A stretch of DNA of 34,294 nucleotides, taken from assembly GCA_964615185.1 (NCBI GenBank), contig CAZTOS010000002.1, positions 1 through 34,294 on the forward strand, given 5' to 3'. The notes beneath the pieces are model-generated. The model was not told the origin of the DNA. It did not search any database and was given only the letters and a program-made list of their open reading frames with translations. Numbering within the stretch: position 1 is the first letter of the stretch; each line of letters opens with the position of its first letter. The stretch is from an uncultured Thermococci archaeon. GTDB lineage: Archaea; Methanobacteriota_B; Thermococci; Thermococcales; Thermococcaceae. This document shows positions 1-8,881 of the stretch, piece by piece. A program made the position numbers and the translations under genes.

Positions 1-139
1 CTTTTATGCGCTCAAATTCTGCTAATGTAATTTCGCCTTCAAAGACACTGTTCTGAACCCAATGCAGATATTGACGCAGGAACTTTTTGACCTTATTAAC
101 CCTCGAGACATTGACATCATAGACAATGACCACATACAT
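1..139 (-). CDS. cas2: CRISPR-associated endoribonuclease Cas2 (5' part; runs off the window start)
   Basis: Not in the ORF track. Manual translation from ATG 139 gives [46 protein letters not shown], with the Cas2 signatures VxYDV and VQxSVFEG. Confidence 0.95.
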   Translation of the reverse strand, partial: MYVVIVYDVNVSRVNKVKKFLRQYLHWVQNSVFEGEITLAEFERIK

Positions 140-167
140 GGCTCATCATAATGGATTTGACTTTGTT

Positions 168-187
168 CCATTTAATATTTTTGAAGA
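168..187 (-). promoter_or_regulatory. Putative BRE/TATA promoter of cas2
   Basis: Minus strand reads CAAAAAATATTAAATGG, about 30 nt upstream of the cas2 ATG. Confidence 0.5.
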
Positions 188-261
188 TTTTTCGATACCT
201 GATAACGTTCGAGTTTTTGACATTTTTGAGTTTTAATTCAGTTAGATTTCAAAACATGAAG

Positions 262-361
262 GTTCCAATAAGACTCCAAGAGGATTGAAAGTTGTCGAGA
301 TGTAGTGAAATTGCGGGATTGCCATGGCTCTGTTTTGATAAGATCCATAAAACTAACTCCT
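262..361 (+). CRISPR. CRISPR mini-array: one intact repeat, one 40-nt spacer, one degenerate repeat
   Basis: 262-291 GTTCCAATAAGACTCCAAGAGGATTGAAAG is a 30-nt Thermococcales-type repeat ending in the ATTGAAAG tag. Spacer is 292-331. From 332, GTTTTGATAAGATCCA resembles the 5' half of the repeat. Adjacent to cas2. Confidence 0.8.
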
Positions 362-808
362 CCTCACATAGCTTTTCTTTTCAGTTATCTTTCCTTCTTC
401 AAATTTGTAAACATCAATCCTTTCGAACCCAAGTGTTTCCCTTTTGTATGCGATTAGGTAATCAATTAATTCTTTAATTCCATAGCGGAGTACGGAATCC
501 CTCATGTATCTGGTCTCATAGATTAAAATCATCTTTTCTCTGTGTTCCTTTATCCATTTATATACTCTTGCTCTTTCCCTTTTTGGGCGAGAAAGGAGAT
601 TATAAATCAAATAACCGTCAAACTCAATTCCTTCATTCAAACTGCCAATAAAAACGTTTTCTGGATATTCCACATTAAACGGCAGATGTTCTGCCAAAAA
701 TATCCTCCCCTCTGAAAGCCACACATTAAGGAAAATTCTGGCAATCTTTTTTGCGTCTCCTGTAATTAATATTACCCCTTTACTTAAGTTTATCATTTCT
801 TTCAACAT
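353..808 (-). CDS. Hypothetical protein (151 aa), possibly a degenerate P-loop-like fold
   Basis: Intact ORF with typical composition. The N-terminal GVILITG strand is not followed by GKT/S. Confidence 0.75.
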   Translation of the reverse strand: MLKEMINLSKGVILITGDAKKIARIFLNVWLSEGRIFLAEHLPFNVEYPENVFIGSLNEGIEFDGYLIYNLLSRPKRERARVYKWIKEHREKMILIYETRYMRDSVLRYGIKELIDYLIAYKRETLGFERIDVYKFEEGKITEKKSYVRRS

Positions 809-837
809 GTGATGAAATGTGAGGGAGGCCTAATAAA

Positions 838-860
838 TTTTTCGAAAATTTTTCGAAAAA
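838..860. repeat. Tandem palindromic TTTTCGAAAA (11-bp period) between divergent promoters
   Basis: TTTTTCGAAAA-TTTTTCGAAAAA seen directly. Confidence 0.6.
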
Positions 861-938
861 CCTAACAGAATACACCACAAAGTATATATTTAAAAGTGTA
901 GCTCTCATGAGTGAGACAACTTTCAGAGGTGTTACCAC

Positions 939-2210
939 ATGAAAAAGTCAGCACTTGCTTTGTTTTTAATAGGTGTTCTGGCATTTGGTGTAATTGCCAG
1001 CGGGTGTGTTGGCGGAGGTGGCAAAACTCCAACCGAAACAAAGAAGGAGTATGCAGGTAAAATCGCAATTGTTTATGATGTTGGAGGAAGAGGTGATCTG
1101 AGTTTCAACGACATGGCTTATCTTGGTGCCTCAAAGGCAGCAAAAGATTTCAACTTAGAACTCAAAGAAGTTCAGAGCAAGCAGGAAAGTGATTACTTGC
1201 CAAACCTCAGAACACTTGCTCAGAGTGGTGAGTATAAGTTAATTATTGCAGTTGGTTTCATGATGACTGACGCAGTCAAGCAGGTTGCAGATGAATTCCC
1301 CAACCAGAAGTTTGCAATTGTTGATGGATTCATTCCGGACAAGCCAAATGTTATGAGCATTCTCTTCAAAGAAAATGAGGGTTCAGCATTGGCTGGTGCA
1401 CTTGCTGGGCTTATCGCTGCAAATGATGGCAAGGACAAAGTTGGTGCTGTTCTTGGTATTGAAATCCCAGTTCTCTACAAGTTCGAAGGCGGTTACAGAT
1501 TCGGTGTTGCGTGGGCTGAGGATTACTATAAGAAGAAGACTGGAAAGGACGTTGACATTCAAGTCCTCTACACTTACACGGGTTCATTCACAGACCCAGC
1601 TAAAGGTAAGACTGCTGCACAGGCTCAGCTTGGACAAGGTGCATGGGTAATTTACCAGATTGCTGGTGCTGTCGGACTTGGAGTCTTCGATGCCGTCAGT
1701 GAGTATTTGAAGAGCCAAGGAAAGGAAATGGGTCCACCATTTGCCATCGGTGTTGACTCAGCACAGGACTGGATCAAGCCGGGTGTCATCATTACATCAA
1801 TGATGAAGAGGGTCGATGTCGGTGTTTATAAGGCAGTGGAATCAGTCATTAAAGGAACTTTCAAGGGAGGAATAGTGGAGCTTGGATTGGCAGATGGTGG
1901 TGTGGCACTTAGCACAATTGAGAATGTTAAGGAGATGTTTAACTCACTGCCAGAAGATGTCAAGAAGAAGAAGCTTCAAGAACTTGGATTCAAGAGTGAA
2001 GACGAACTCTTTGCAAAGCTTGAGGAAACAAGGAAGCAGGTGCCAAGCTGGATCTGGGATGCAGTCAAGGATCTTGAGAGCAAGATAAAGAGCGGTGAAA
2101 TAGTGGTTCCAAAGGCATTTAACAAGGAGGAAATTGAGGCAATTAGAAACGCCAAGACCTGGCAGGAGATGGAAGAGCTCGGTAAGAAGTGGGCACAGCA
2201 GAGTTCTTGA
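939..2210 (+). CDS. BMP-family ABC transporter substrate-binding lipoprotein (nucleoside/purine)
   Basis: Lipobox-like IASGC, GGRGDLSFND, AIGVDSAQ and SMMKRVD motifs; GAGGTG RBS; first gene of an ABC operon. Confidence 0.92.
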   Translation: MKKSALALFLIGVLAFGVIASGCVGGGGKTPTETKKEYAGKIAIVYDVGGRGDLSFNDMAYLGASKAAKDFNLELKEVQSKQESDYLPNLRTLAQSGEYKLIIAVGFMMTDAVKQVADEFPNQKFAIVDGFIPDKPNVMSILFKENEGSALAGALAGLIAANDGKDKVGAVLGIEIPVLYKFEGGYRFGVAWAEDYYKKKTGKDVDIQVLYTYTGSFTDPAKGKTAAQAQLGQGAWVIYQIAGAVGLGVFDAVSEYLKSQGKEMGPPFAIGVDSAQDWIKPGVIITSMMKRVDVGVYKAVESVIKGTFKGGIVELGLADGGVALSTIENVKEMFNSLPEDVKKKKLQELGFKSEDELFAKLEETRKQVPSWIWDAVKDLESKIKSGEIVVPKAFNKEEIEAIRNAKTWQEMEELGKKWAQQSS

Positions 2211-2235
2211 TTGTTTTCTTCTTTTCTTAACTTTT
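2211..2235 (+). terminator. T-rich intra-operon terminator-like tract
   Basis: TTGTTTTCTTCTTTTCTTAACTTTT follows the SBP stop; oligo-T tracts are typical archaeal terminators. Confidence 0.4.
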
Positions 2236-2248
2236 GGAGGTGAAGTTT

Positions 2249-3778
2249 ATGGAAGAAGCTCCCATCATAGAGATGAGAGGCATCGTTAAAATATATCCGG
2301 ATGGAACAAAAGCCCTAAAAGGTGTAGATTTTTCAGTTAAACAAGGTGAGATTCATGGTCTTTTGGGTGAGAATGGGGCTGGTAAAACAACTTTGATGAA
2401 AATCCTCTCTGGAATGCTTCCCCCAACAGATGGGAAAATATATGTTAAAGGAAAAGAGGTTAAGTTTAGGAGCCCTGCTGATGCTCTTGCCAATGGCATT
2501 GGTATGGTTCATCAACACTTTACTCTTGTTGAGGTTTTTGATGCTCTTCACAATATAATCCTCGGAATGGAGGGTCATGGACACTTTTCAAAGATAGATG
2601 TGGAAAAAGCCCGGAAAAAACTTCAGGATCTTATGAATGAGCTGAACTTTCAAGTTCCCCTTGATGTTCCTGTTGAGACACTTCCCGTTGGTGTTCAGCA
2701 GAGAATAGAGATATTGAAGGTGTTGTATAGGAATGTTGATGTCCTCATTTTAGATGAGCCCACCTCTGTACTCACACCTATTGAGGTTAAGGAGCTGTTT
2801 GATGTATTAAGAACGCTAAAATCACAGGGGAAAACAATAATTTTCATCAGCCATAAACTCAGAGAGGTTATGGAAATTACGGACAGGGTCACCGTTCTGA
2901 GAAAGGGAGAAGTGATAGGGACAGTGAACACGAGTGAGGCAACACCTCAACTACTTGCGAGGATGATGGTTGGTAGGGATGTCGTTCTGAGAATTCAAAA
3001 GCCTCCAAAAAAACCCGGAGAACCCATCCTTAGAGTTGAGAACCTATGGGTAAAAGGAGACAGGGGTGAAGATGCGGTAAGGGGTTTGACATTTGAAGTT
3101 AAAGCAGGAGAAATCTTTGGAATTGCTGGTGTTGAAGGAAATGGTCAGACAGAGCTAATTGAGGCAATAACTGGACTCAGAAAGATAGAGAAGGGAAGGG
3201 TAATCCTCAACGGAAAAGACATTACAGGCAGACCTCCAAAAGAGCTCTATAACCTTGGAGTTGCTCACATCCCAGAAGATAGAACACATATGGGACTCGT
3301 GCTTGATATGACTGTTGCTGAAAATTCAGTACTCGGGTTGCATTGGAGGAGAGAGTTCACGGGAATGCTGAACTCTATAAAATGGGTAAGGGTCAAAAAA
3401 CATGCTGAAGAACTTATCAAAAAGTTTGACATAATAGCCCCTGGAGTTGATGCTCCAGTAAAAAGTCTCAGCGGTGGAAACCAGCAGAAGCTTATTGTTG
3501 CAAGAGAGGTCAGCAAAGAACCTCTGCTAATAGTTGCATCACAGCCCACAAGAGGTGTTGACGTTGCATCAACGGAATACATTAGAAACTATCTCGTTAA
3601 GCTCAGAAACGAGAACAAGGCAGTCCTTTTGGTTTCAGCCGATTTAGATGAGGTTCTTCAGCTTAGCGATAGAATGGCAATTATGTATGAGGGGCAGTTT
3701 GTAGGCATAGTGAAACCCGAGGAGGTCACAGAGGAGCAGATAGGACTCATGATGGGAGGTATCAAAGATGAAAGCTGA
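2249..3778 (+). CDS. CUT2-type ABC transporter ATP-binding protein (two NBDs)
   Basis: GENGAGKT, LILDEPT, LSGGNQQK. Start moved to ATG 2249, after GGAGGTGA. Confidence 0.95.
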   Translation: MEEAPIIEMRGIVKIYPDGTKALKGVDFSVKQGEIHGLLGENGAGKTTLMKILSGMLPPTDGKIYVKGKEVKFRSPADALANGIGMVHQHFTLVEVFDALHNIILGMEGHGHFSKIDVEKARKKLQDLMNELNFQVPLDVPVETLPVGVQQRIEILKVLYRNVDVLILDEPTSVLTPIEVKELFDVLRTLKSQGKTIIFISHKLREVMEITDRVTVLRKGEVIGTVNTSEATPQLLARMMVGRDVVLRIQKPPKKPGEPILRVENLWVKGDRGEDAVRGLTFEVKAGEIFGIAGVEGNGQTELIEAITGLRKIEKGRVILNGKDITGRPPKELYNLGVAHIPEDRTHMGLVLDMTVAENSVLGLHWRREFTGMLNSIKWVRVKKHAEELIKKFDIIAPGVDAPVKSLSGGNQQKLIVAREVSKEPLLIVASQPTRGVDVASTEYIRNYLVKLRNENKAVLLVSADLDEVLQLSDRMAIMYEGQFVGIVKPEEVTEEQIGLMMGGIKDES

Positions 3779-4808
3779 TAGAAGTATGATTTCCAGCTTC
3801 ATAAAGCCTATCATGGAGAGCCTTATAGCTGTTGTAATCGGTGTTATAATTGGAGCTATCGTTCTGAAACTCTCAGGATACAGCCCCGTAAAGGCATACA
3901 CGGCACTTGTTAAAGGAGCCGTGGGTTCAGCCTATGGTTGGTCTATGACGCTCAGTGCGGCTACCCCAATAATATTAACTGCCCTTACATTTGCAATAAG
4001 CGCAAGGACTGGAATATTCAATATAGGTGCAGAGGGTACGGTTTATTTTGGCGCAATAGCAGCTATAGTTTTTACAAACATGTTTGCAAATCCCCTATGG
4101 GGATTGATCGGAGGAATAATAGCTGGCATCTTGTGGGCACTTCCAGCAGCTCTGCTTAAAGTTTACAGAGGGGTTCACGAGGTCATTTCAACAATCATGC
4201 TTAACTGGATTGCATTTTATACTGCCCTGTATCTTGTTCTTGGACCATTGGCAAATCCAAATGATCCAAATAAGACATTGGAAGTTCCTGCGAGTGCAAG
4301 GCTGCCTTTACTCATGAGGGGGAGCGAGCTTTCACTTGCCTTCATTATTGCAATAGCCGCTGCTATCATCACGTACTACATACTCTGGCACACGGTTTTG
4401 GGATTTGAACTGAGAGCAAGCGGATACAACGAGAGAGCCGCAAGATACGGTGGTATAAATCCAAAGAGGGCAATAATCTGGTCATTCCTTATCGGTGGCA
4501 TAATGAGCGGTATTGCAGGAGCCACTGAGGTAATGGGAAGACCCCCAAGCTATGCAATAAGTCAGGGAATGGCAAACATTCGCGGGTACGGTTTCGATGG
4601 AATTGGTGTTTCTTTAGTTGGAAGAAATCATCCAATAGGAATAATATTCAGCGGCATATTCTTTGGAGCCCTTAAAGCCGGAGCAACTTACATGCAGATA
4701 GATGCAGGGGTTCCACTTGAGATGGTTAAAGTTGTTCAGGGTATAATCGTCGTCGCAGTTGCGGTTCCGGGATTGTGGGACTTAGTTAAGAAGGTGGTGA
4801 GAAGATGA
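3768..4808 (+). CDS. Nucleoside ABC transporter permease
   Basis: Polytopic; FNIGAEG, EVISTIMLNWIA, GFDGIGVSLVG; overlaps the preceding gene. Confidence 0.93.
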   Translation: MKADRSMISSFIKPIMESLIAVVIGVIIGAIVLKLSGYSPVKAYTALVKGAVGSAYGWSMTLSAATPIILTALTFAISARTGIFNIGAEGTVYFGAIAAIVFTNMFANPLWGLIGGIIAGILWALPAALLKVYRGVHEVISTIMLNWIAFYTALYLVLGPLANPNDPNKTLEVPASARLPLLMRGSELSLAFIIAIAAAIITYYILWHTVLGFELRASGYNERAARYGGINPKRAIIWSFLIGGIMSGIAGATEVMGRPPSYAISQGMANIRGYGFDGIGVSLVGRNHPIGIIFSGIFFGALKAGATYMQIDAGVPLEMVKVVQGIIVVAVAVPGLWDLVKKVVRR

Positions 4809-5710
4809 TTGACATGATAGTTTCAATACTTCTCGGTTCACTGACAGCAATGGTTCCAATAGTCCTGACAAGTACGGGGGCAGTTGTGAGTGAAAGAGCT
4901 GGAGTTGTAAACATCGGATACGAAGGAATACTGCTCATGTCAGCGCTCTTTGGAGCAATGTTCGCGGAGATGAGTGGAAGTCCATGGATAGGCCTTTTGG
5001 GAGGAGCTTTTGTGGGCATGCTTCTTGGAATACTCCATGGTGCAATAACCGTTTACTTAAAAGGAGACCACATCATCCCGGGTATTGGTGTGAACATACT
5101 TGCTTTAGGTGTGGTTGCCTTCGGAATTACGGCAATCTGGGGAACTGCTGGACAGCACCAAGTCCCATCAAACATCAGAATTCAGCCAATAATAAACACC
5201 CCCTACGGTGGTTTAAGCCCAATGGTTCTCATAACATTCATAATTGTCTTCTTAACCCACTGGGTGCTCTTTAGGACACCTCTGGGGCTTAGAATAAGGG
5301 CTGTCGGTGAAAATCCTGAAGCTGCAGATGCATTGGGTGTTAACGTCGAGAGGTATAGGTTTTTGGCAACAGTCTATGGAGCAACATTGGCTGGGCTTGG
5401 AGGAGCTTATTTAAGTGTTGACTGGCTGGGAGTTGTCACAAAGGAAATTTCCTCGGGCAGAGGTTTCATAGCACTGGCAAATATGGTGTTCAGCGGATGG
5501 AATCCAGTTAGGGCACTGATTGGTGGCTTCATCTTCGGATTCTTTGACAATCTCTCAGTCTGGGTTAGAACAAATCCAGCGATATCCCAGGTAGTCCCAT
5601 GGCAGTTCGTTGCAACACTGCCATACATAGTGACAATAATCATTGTTGCAGGAATAATAGGAAAAGTAAGACCACCAAAGTGGGATGGAAAGCCTTACAA
5701 GAGGGAATGA
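4805..5710 (+). CDS. Nucleoside ABC transporter permease
   Basis: SERAGVVNIGYEG, LRIRAVGENPEAAD, GRGFIALA; ATGA overlap. Confidence 0.93.
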   Translation: MIDMIVSILLGSLTAMVPIVLTSTGAVVSERAGVVNIGYEGILLMSALFGAMFAEMSGSPWIGLLGGAFVGMLLGILHGAITVYLKGDHIIPGIGVNILALGVVAFGITAIWGTAGQHQVPSNIRIQPIINTPYGGLSPMVLITFIIVFLTHWVLFRTPLGLRIRAVGENPEAADALGVNVERYRFLATVYGATLAGLGGAYLSVDWLGVVTKEISSGRGFIALANMVFSGWNPVRALIGGFIFGFFDNLSVWVRTNPAISQVVPWQFVATLPYIVTIIIVAGIIGKVRPPKWDGKPYKRE

Positions 5711-5724
5711 ACTTTTCTTTTTCC

Positions 5725-6705
5725 TTACTTCTTAATCAAAACTCCAACAGCCATCCCCAGTGAAATTCCAACAACCAGCGTTAGAAGAATGTAAACCTCA
5801 TTGAGGCTTTCCATTTTTGCGGTTTGCTGAACTGCTGGCATTTTTTGATTTAATGCTTCTATCACAGCTTTGGAGTTCTCAATTAAGATTTCAGTGTAAG
5901 GTTTATCAATCCACGTTGTTGTTATGTCAGCTAAGGGCTTTCCGACTCTCTGAGAAAGCTCAATAGCAGCGTTCTTTAAAGACTCTGGGCTTTTAGATGA
6001 ATAAGCTATAAACTCCACAGTTTTTGTAATCCCTAACATTTCATCAACGCTTTTGGCAGGCATCTCTGCTTCAGGCTTTATAGAAGCAACAGCTTTTACC
6101 CCAAGCCACTCAAGAGCGTACTGCTGAGAAGGCATCTCAATTACAGCAGTTGCATTCTCAGCCAAAACTTTGTAAGCTTCGACTATTGCCAGAACTTTTG
6201 TTTCAAACTTCTCATATTGTTTTTCATAAAGCTCTCTCTTCTGTGGGTATCTTTCTGACAATGCTTCGGCTGTAGCTTTTGCAATTGCCAGAGCGTTGTG
6301 AGGGTCAAGCCAGACTCCATGGGGGTTGTTCTTATTATCGTACCATCTCTCGGGCAGAAATCTGAAGCCGTATTTTGCATAATCCTCCGCAAACAGCACA
6401 GCTGCACTTATTGTTCCTTCTTCCTTAAGTTGCTTCATCTTTTGTTCTGCTGGCAAATGTCCGTTGACTGTAACAACAACATCAGCCTTTTTGATAAGTT
6501 CAATCTGCTCGGGAGTGAGCTGGTATTGATGGGGATCAGCTCCCGGTGGAACAATGTAAACAACTTCAACGGAATCGCTGAACACTTCTTTTACTATCTC
6601 TGCCAAGGGGGATATGCTCGCAACTACAAGAGGCTTTTCAGCACTCACGCTTGGAATTATGAATGAAATGATAAGAAGCGTGAGTATGACAGCTTTCGCT
6701 CTCAT
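5725..6705 (-). CDS. ZnuA/TroA-family metal ABC substrate-binding protein with C-terminal membrane anchor
   Basis: Signal peptide, PPGADPHQYQLTP and NPHGVWLDP motifs, hydrophobic C-terminus ending KK. Confidence 0.88.
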   Translation of the reverse strand: MRAKAVILTLLIISFIIPSVSAEKPLVVASISPLAEIVKEVFSDSVEVVYIVPPGADPHQYQLTPEQIELIKKADVVVTVNGHLPAEQKMKQLKEEGTISAAVLFAEDYAKYGFRFLPERWYDNKNNPHGVWLDPHNALAIAKATAEALSERYPQKRELYEKQYEKFETKVLAIVEAYKVLAENATAVIEMPSQQYALEWLGVKAVASIKPEAEMPAKSVDEMLGITKTVEFIAYSSKSPESLKNAAIELSQRVGKPLADITTTWIDKPYTEILIENSKAVIEALNQKMPAVQQTAKMESLNEVYILLTLVVGISLGMAVGVLIKK

Positions 6706-6800
6706 TTTAGGTCACCCTAAAATCATTAAGGAACTTAACTTTAAAACTTTGTGCAAAATTTTTAAGGTGACACTCAAGACTTGCGTTAGGTGGGGGGATT

Positions 6801-8579
6801 ATGAAAAAACTTCTAATCTTCCTTATTTTTGTAATTCTAAGTTCTCCAGCTTATGCATATCAGTATCAAACAGACAAGGTTCTTATTGAGATAAATCCAA
6901 ATGAAGAGCTTTTAAGCGTTGTTTACTATCTCGCTTTTGGGGTTAATGAGTTCGTAATATATCGTCATAATTATATTCAGGGTGTTGATGTGCATTTTGG
7001 TAAGTACAAAAATCATGAAGCAGTTCAAGCTCTGAAACAATATTTCAGCGATGCAAAAACAATCCCCCAGAGGGACTACAAACTTTTTGTTCTTGATGCG
7101 TATGTGCTCCAATTCTCAAATCCTTCAGAAATGAAAAGAATTTATACGGGGTGGCAAGACTCAGATTTGGACAAAATCGTTGGTGCTTTGAGAAAATTTG
7201 CTCAAGATACGAACTTTATGGAGTTCTTCAAAGCCCACGAAAGCTATTATGAACGGGATTTAGAGGTTTATATTTCCGCCATTCAGTCCCTACCTCCTGA
7301 TGAGTTCATGAAGCCTTACATGAACATAACAAACGTCAGATTTGAGTTCCACCTACCATATTTGGCATGCATTCATGGACACAGCTTTTACAGGGAAGAT
7401 AACGGCACTAAAATTTATGGCTCTGGAGGTATACCCCCTCTGGTGAGGAGAACGCCTCCAAGAACTTTATGGAGCTTGGAAAGAGCTAAGGATACCATAT
7501 TCGGCCTCCCTCTCAACGCTGTTTATGTAAATAATAGGAAATTCGATAAGCTTTGGATTTTGGACTTCATTTATCACGAACTTGGGCACGATATTACAAA
7601 TGAAAAGCTGGAGGAATATTACGGATATAAGGTTAAACCTCTCCACTATCTTGAAGACACAATAGAAGAAGATGTGCCGTATTTAGCAACTTATGATATC
7701 CACTTCTGGTTTGATACAATGATGATTTACGAGAGCTTTGCCGATGGCTGGGCATATTTTGCCCTAAGCCATATAGACAGAGATTACGCTGAGTGGAATC
7801 TTCAGATGCAGAAAGCCTGGGGTGAATTCTGGCAGGACTATATGGTGGAACTCTATCAAAAATACACAGCCTTGAGCATAAAGGAAAACAAAACACTTGA
7901 AGAGTATATCTACAAGATGCTTGATGAGCTAATTGAAAAAGTTCCTCCAGAAAAAGCCAAGGAAATTTATGAGAAAAATGTTCCTGTAACACCTTTAAGG
8001 GCCTTGGATGATGTTGTCAAAGAGGGAGAAGTAATAATTGTCTACGGCACTCAAAATCCAGATAAGAGAGGATCTGAATATGACAAAGAAACTGCAGAGC
8101 TTGTAAAAAGTTATCTTAAAACATTTTACTCACAATGGCCTGGTGACATTAAAATTGAGGTTAAAGCAGATGTAAACTTAACGAATGGGGACTTAAAGAA
8201 AGACTTAGTCCTCATAGGCGGCCCTGTCAGCAATAAGGTTGTGCAAGGATTTGAGGAATACTTTCCGTTAAAGTTTGTGTTTGAGAATGGCACATGGGTG
8301 CTTGAGAAAAACCCAGAGTTTGGAAGTGTTAGAACATTTATCATAACTCCGGATGACATAAAAGAAATCCCCTTCACGGAACTCTCCTATAGCTCGCCCC
8401 AGACATCTTTACTGCTTGCCATAAGAAATCCCCACAGAAAAGATAATTACGTTATTTGGATTGCTGGCGTAGATAGATATTCAACGAGAAGATACAGAAA
8501 TCCAACCTATTATCTGGTCAGCTATGAAATTTATGATGGAGAAAAGATAGAGGATGGATTTTATGTTCAGCCTTCATGA
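6801..8579 (+). CDS. Secreted/surface putative zinc metallopeptidase (DUF4932-like) with S-layer-like C-terminal domain
   Basis: Signal peptide, HELGH (HExxH), downstream YESFAD and C-terminal LVLIGGPVSN. Family assignment is from memory. Confidence 0.7.
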   Translation: MKKLLIFLIFVILSSPAYAYQYQTDKVLIEINPNEELLSVVYYLAFGVNEFVIYRHNYIQGVDVHFGKYKNHEAVQALKQYFSDAKTIPQRDYKLFVLDAYVLQFSNPSEMKRIYTGWQDSDLDKIVGALRKFAQDTNFMEFFKAHESYYERDLEVYISAIQSLPPDEFMKPYMNITNVRFEFHLPYLACIHGHSFYREDNGTKIYGSGGIPPLVRRTPPRTLWSLERAKDTIFGLPLNAVYVNNRKFDKLWILDFIYHELGHDITNEKLEEYYGYKVKPLHYLEDTIEEDVPYLATYDIHFWFDTMMIYESFADGWAYFALSHIDRDYAEWNLQMQKAWGEFWQDYMVELYQKYTALSIKENKTLEEYIYKMLDELIEKVPPEKAKEIYEKNVPVTPLRALDDVVKEGEVIIVYGTQNPDKRGSEYDKETAELVKSYLKTFYSQWPGDIKIEVKADVNLTNGDLKKDLVLIGGPVSNKVVQGFEEYFPLKFVFENGTWVLEKNPEFGSVRTFIITPDDIKEIPFTELSYSSPQTSLLLAIRNPHRKDNYVIWIAGVDRYSTRRYRNPTYYLVSYEIYDGEKIEDGFYVQPS

Positions 8580-8869
8580 GCTTCATTTTTTCCATTATTT
8601 TCATTCTTTATGTACGGCTTTCCTATTGCGATGCTGAAGCCTTTGAATGAATCATCCTTTTTATGAAACTCAATCGCCAATGGCAGGTCGTTGTCATCAT
8701 TTATGAGGATCCTAACTATCCTGGCTCTTGAATGGTCATTTAAATAGTCCTCTTTTAGCTGTTCATAATTGTCAATCGCATTATTTATGCTCTCCTCGTG
8801 CATTTCGTAAATTTCCCTTGAATAGTTACTGTGATTTTTGATTGCCTCTATTGTTTTTTCTTTATTCAA
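8567..8869 (-). CDS. Hypothetical protein (100 aa)
   Basis: TTG start with GAGGT RBS overlapping the PRTase stop; no recognisable motif. Confidence 0.65.
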   Translation of the reverse strand: MNKEKTIEAIKNHSNYSREIYEMHEESINNAIDNYEQLKEDYLNDHSRARIVRILINDDNDLPLAIEFHKKDDSFKGFSIAIGKPYIKNENNGKNEAHEG

Positions 8870-8881
8870 AGTACCACAACC

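Noticed and set aside
137..144. 8-nt match CATGGCTC between the spacer 3' end and the cas2 start region
   Set aside because: Too short, not in the seed, and the flanks do not align.
292..477. 61-aa ORF and the many other short opposite-strand or nested ORFs in the track
   Set aside because: They overlap the CRISPR spacer or well-supported genes and show no RBS or recognisable motifs; treated as shadow ORFs.
807..830. Loose similarity of the CRISPR spacer (ATGTAGTGAAATTGCGGGA) to ATGTGATGAAATGTGAGGGA at the start of ORF 353-808
   Set aside because: It needs a gap and several mismatches and does not cover the 5' seed; compatible with chance.
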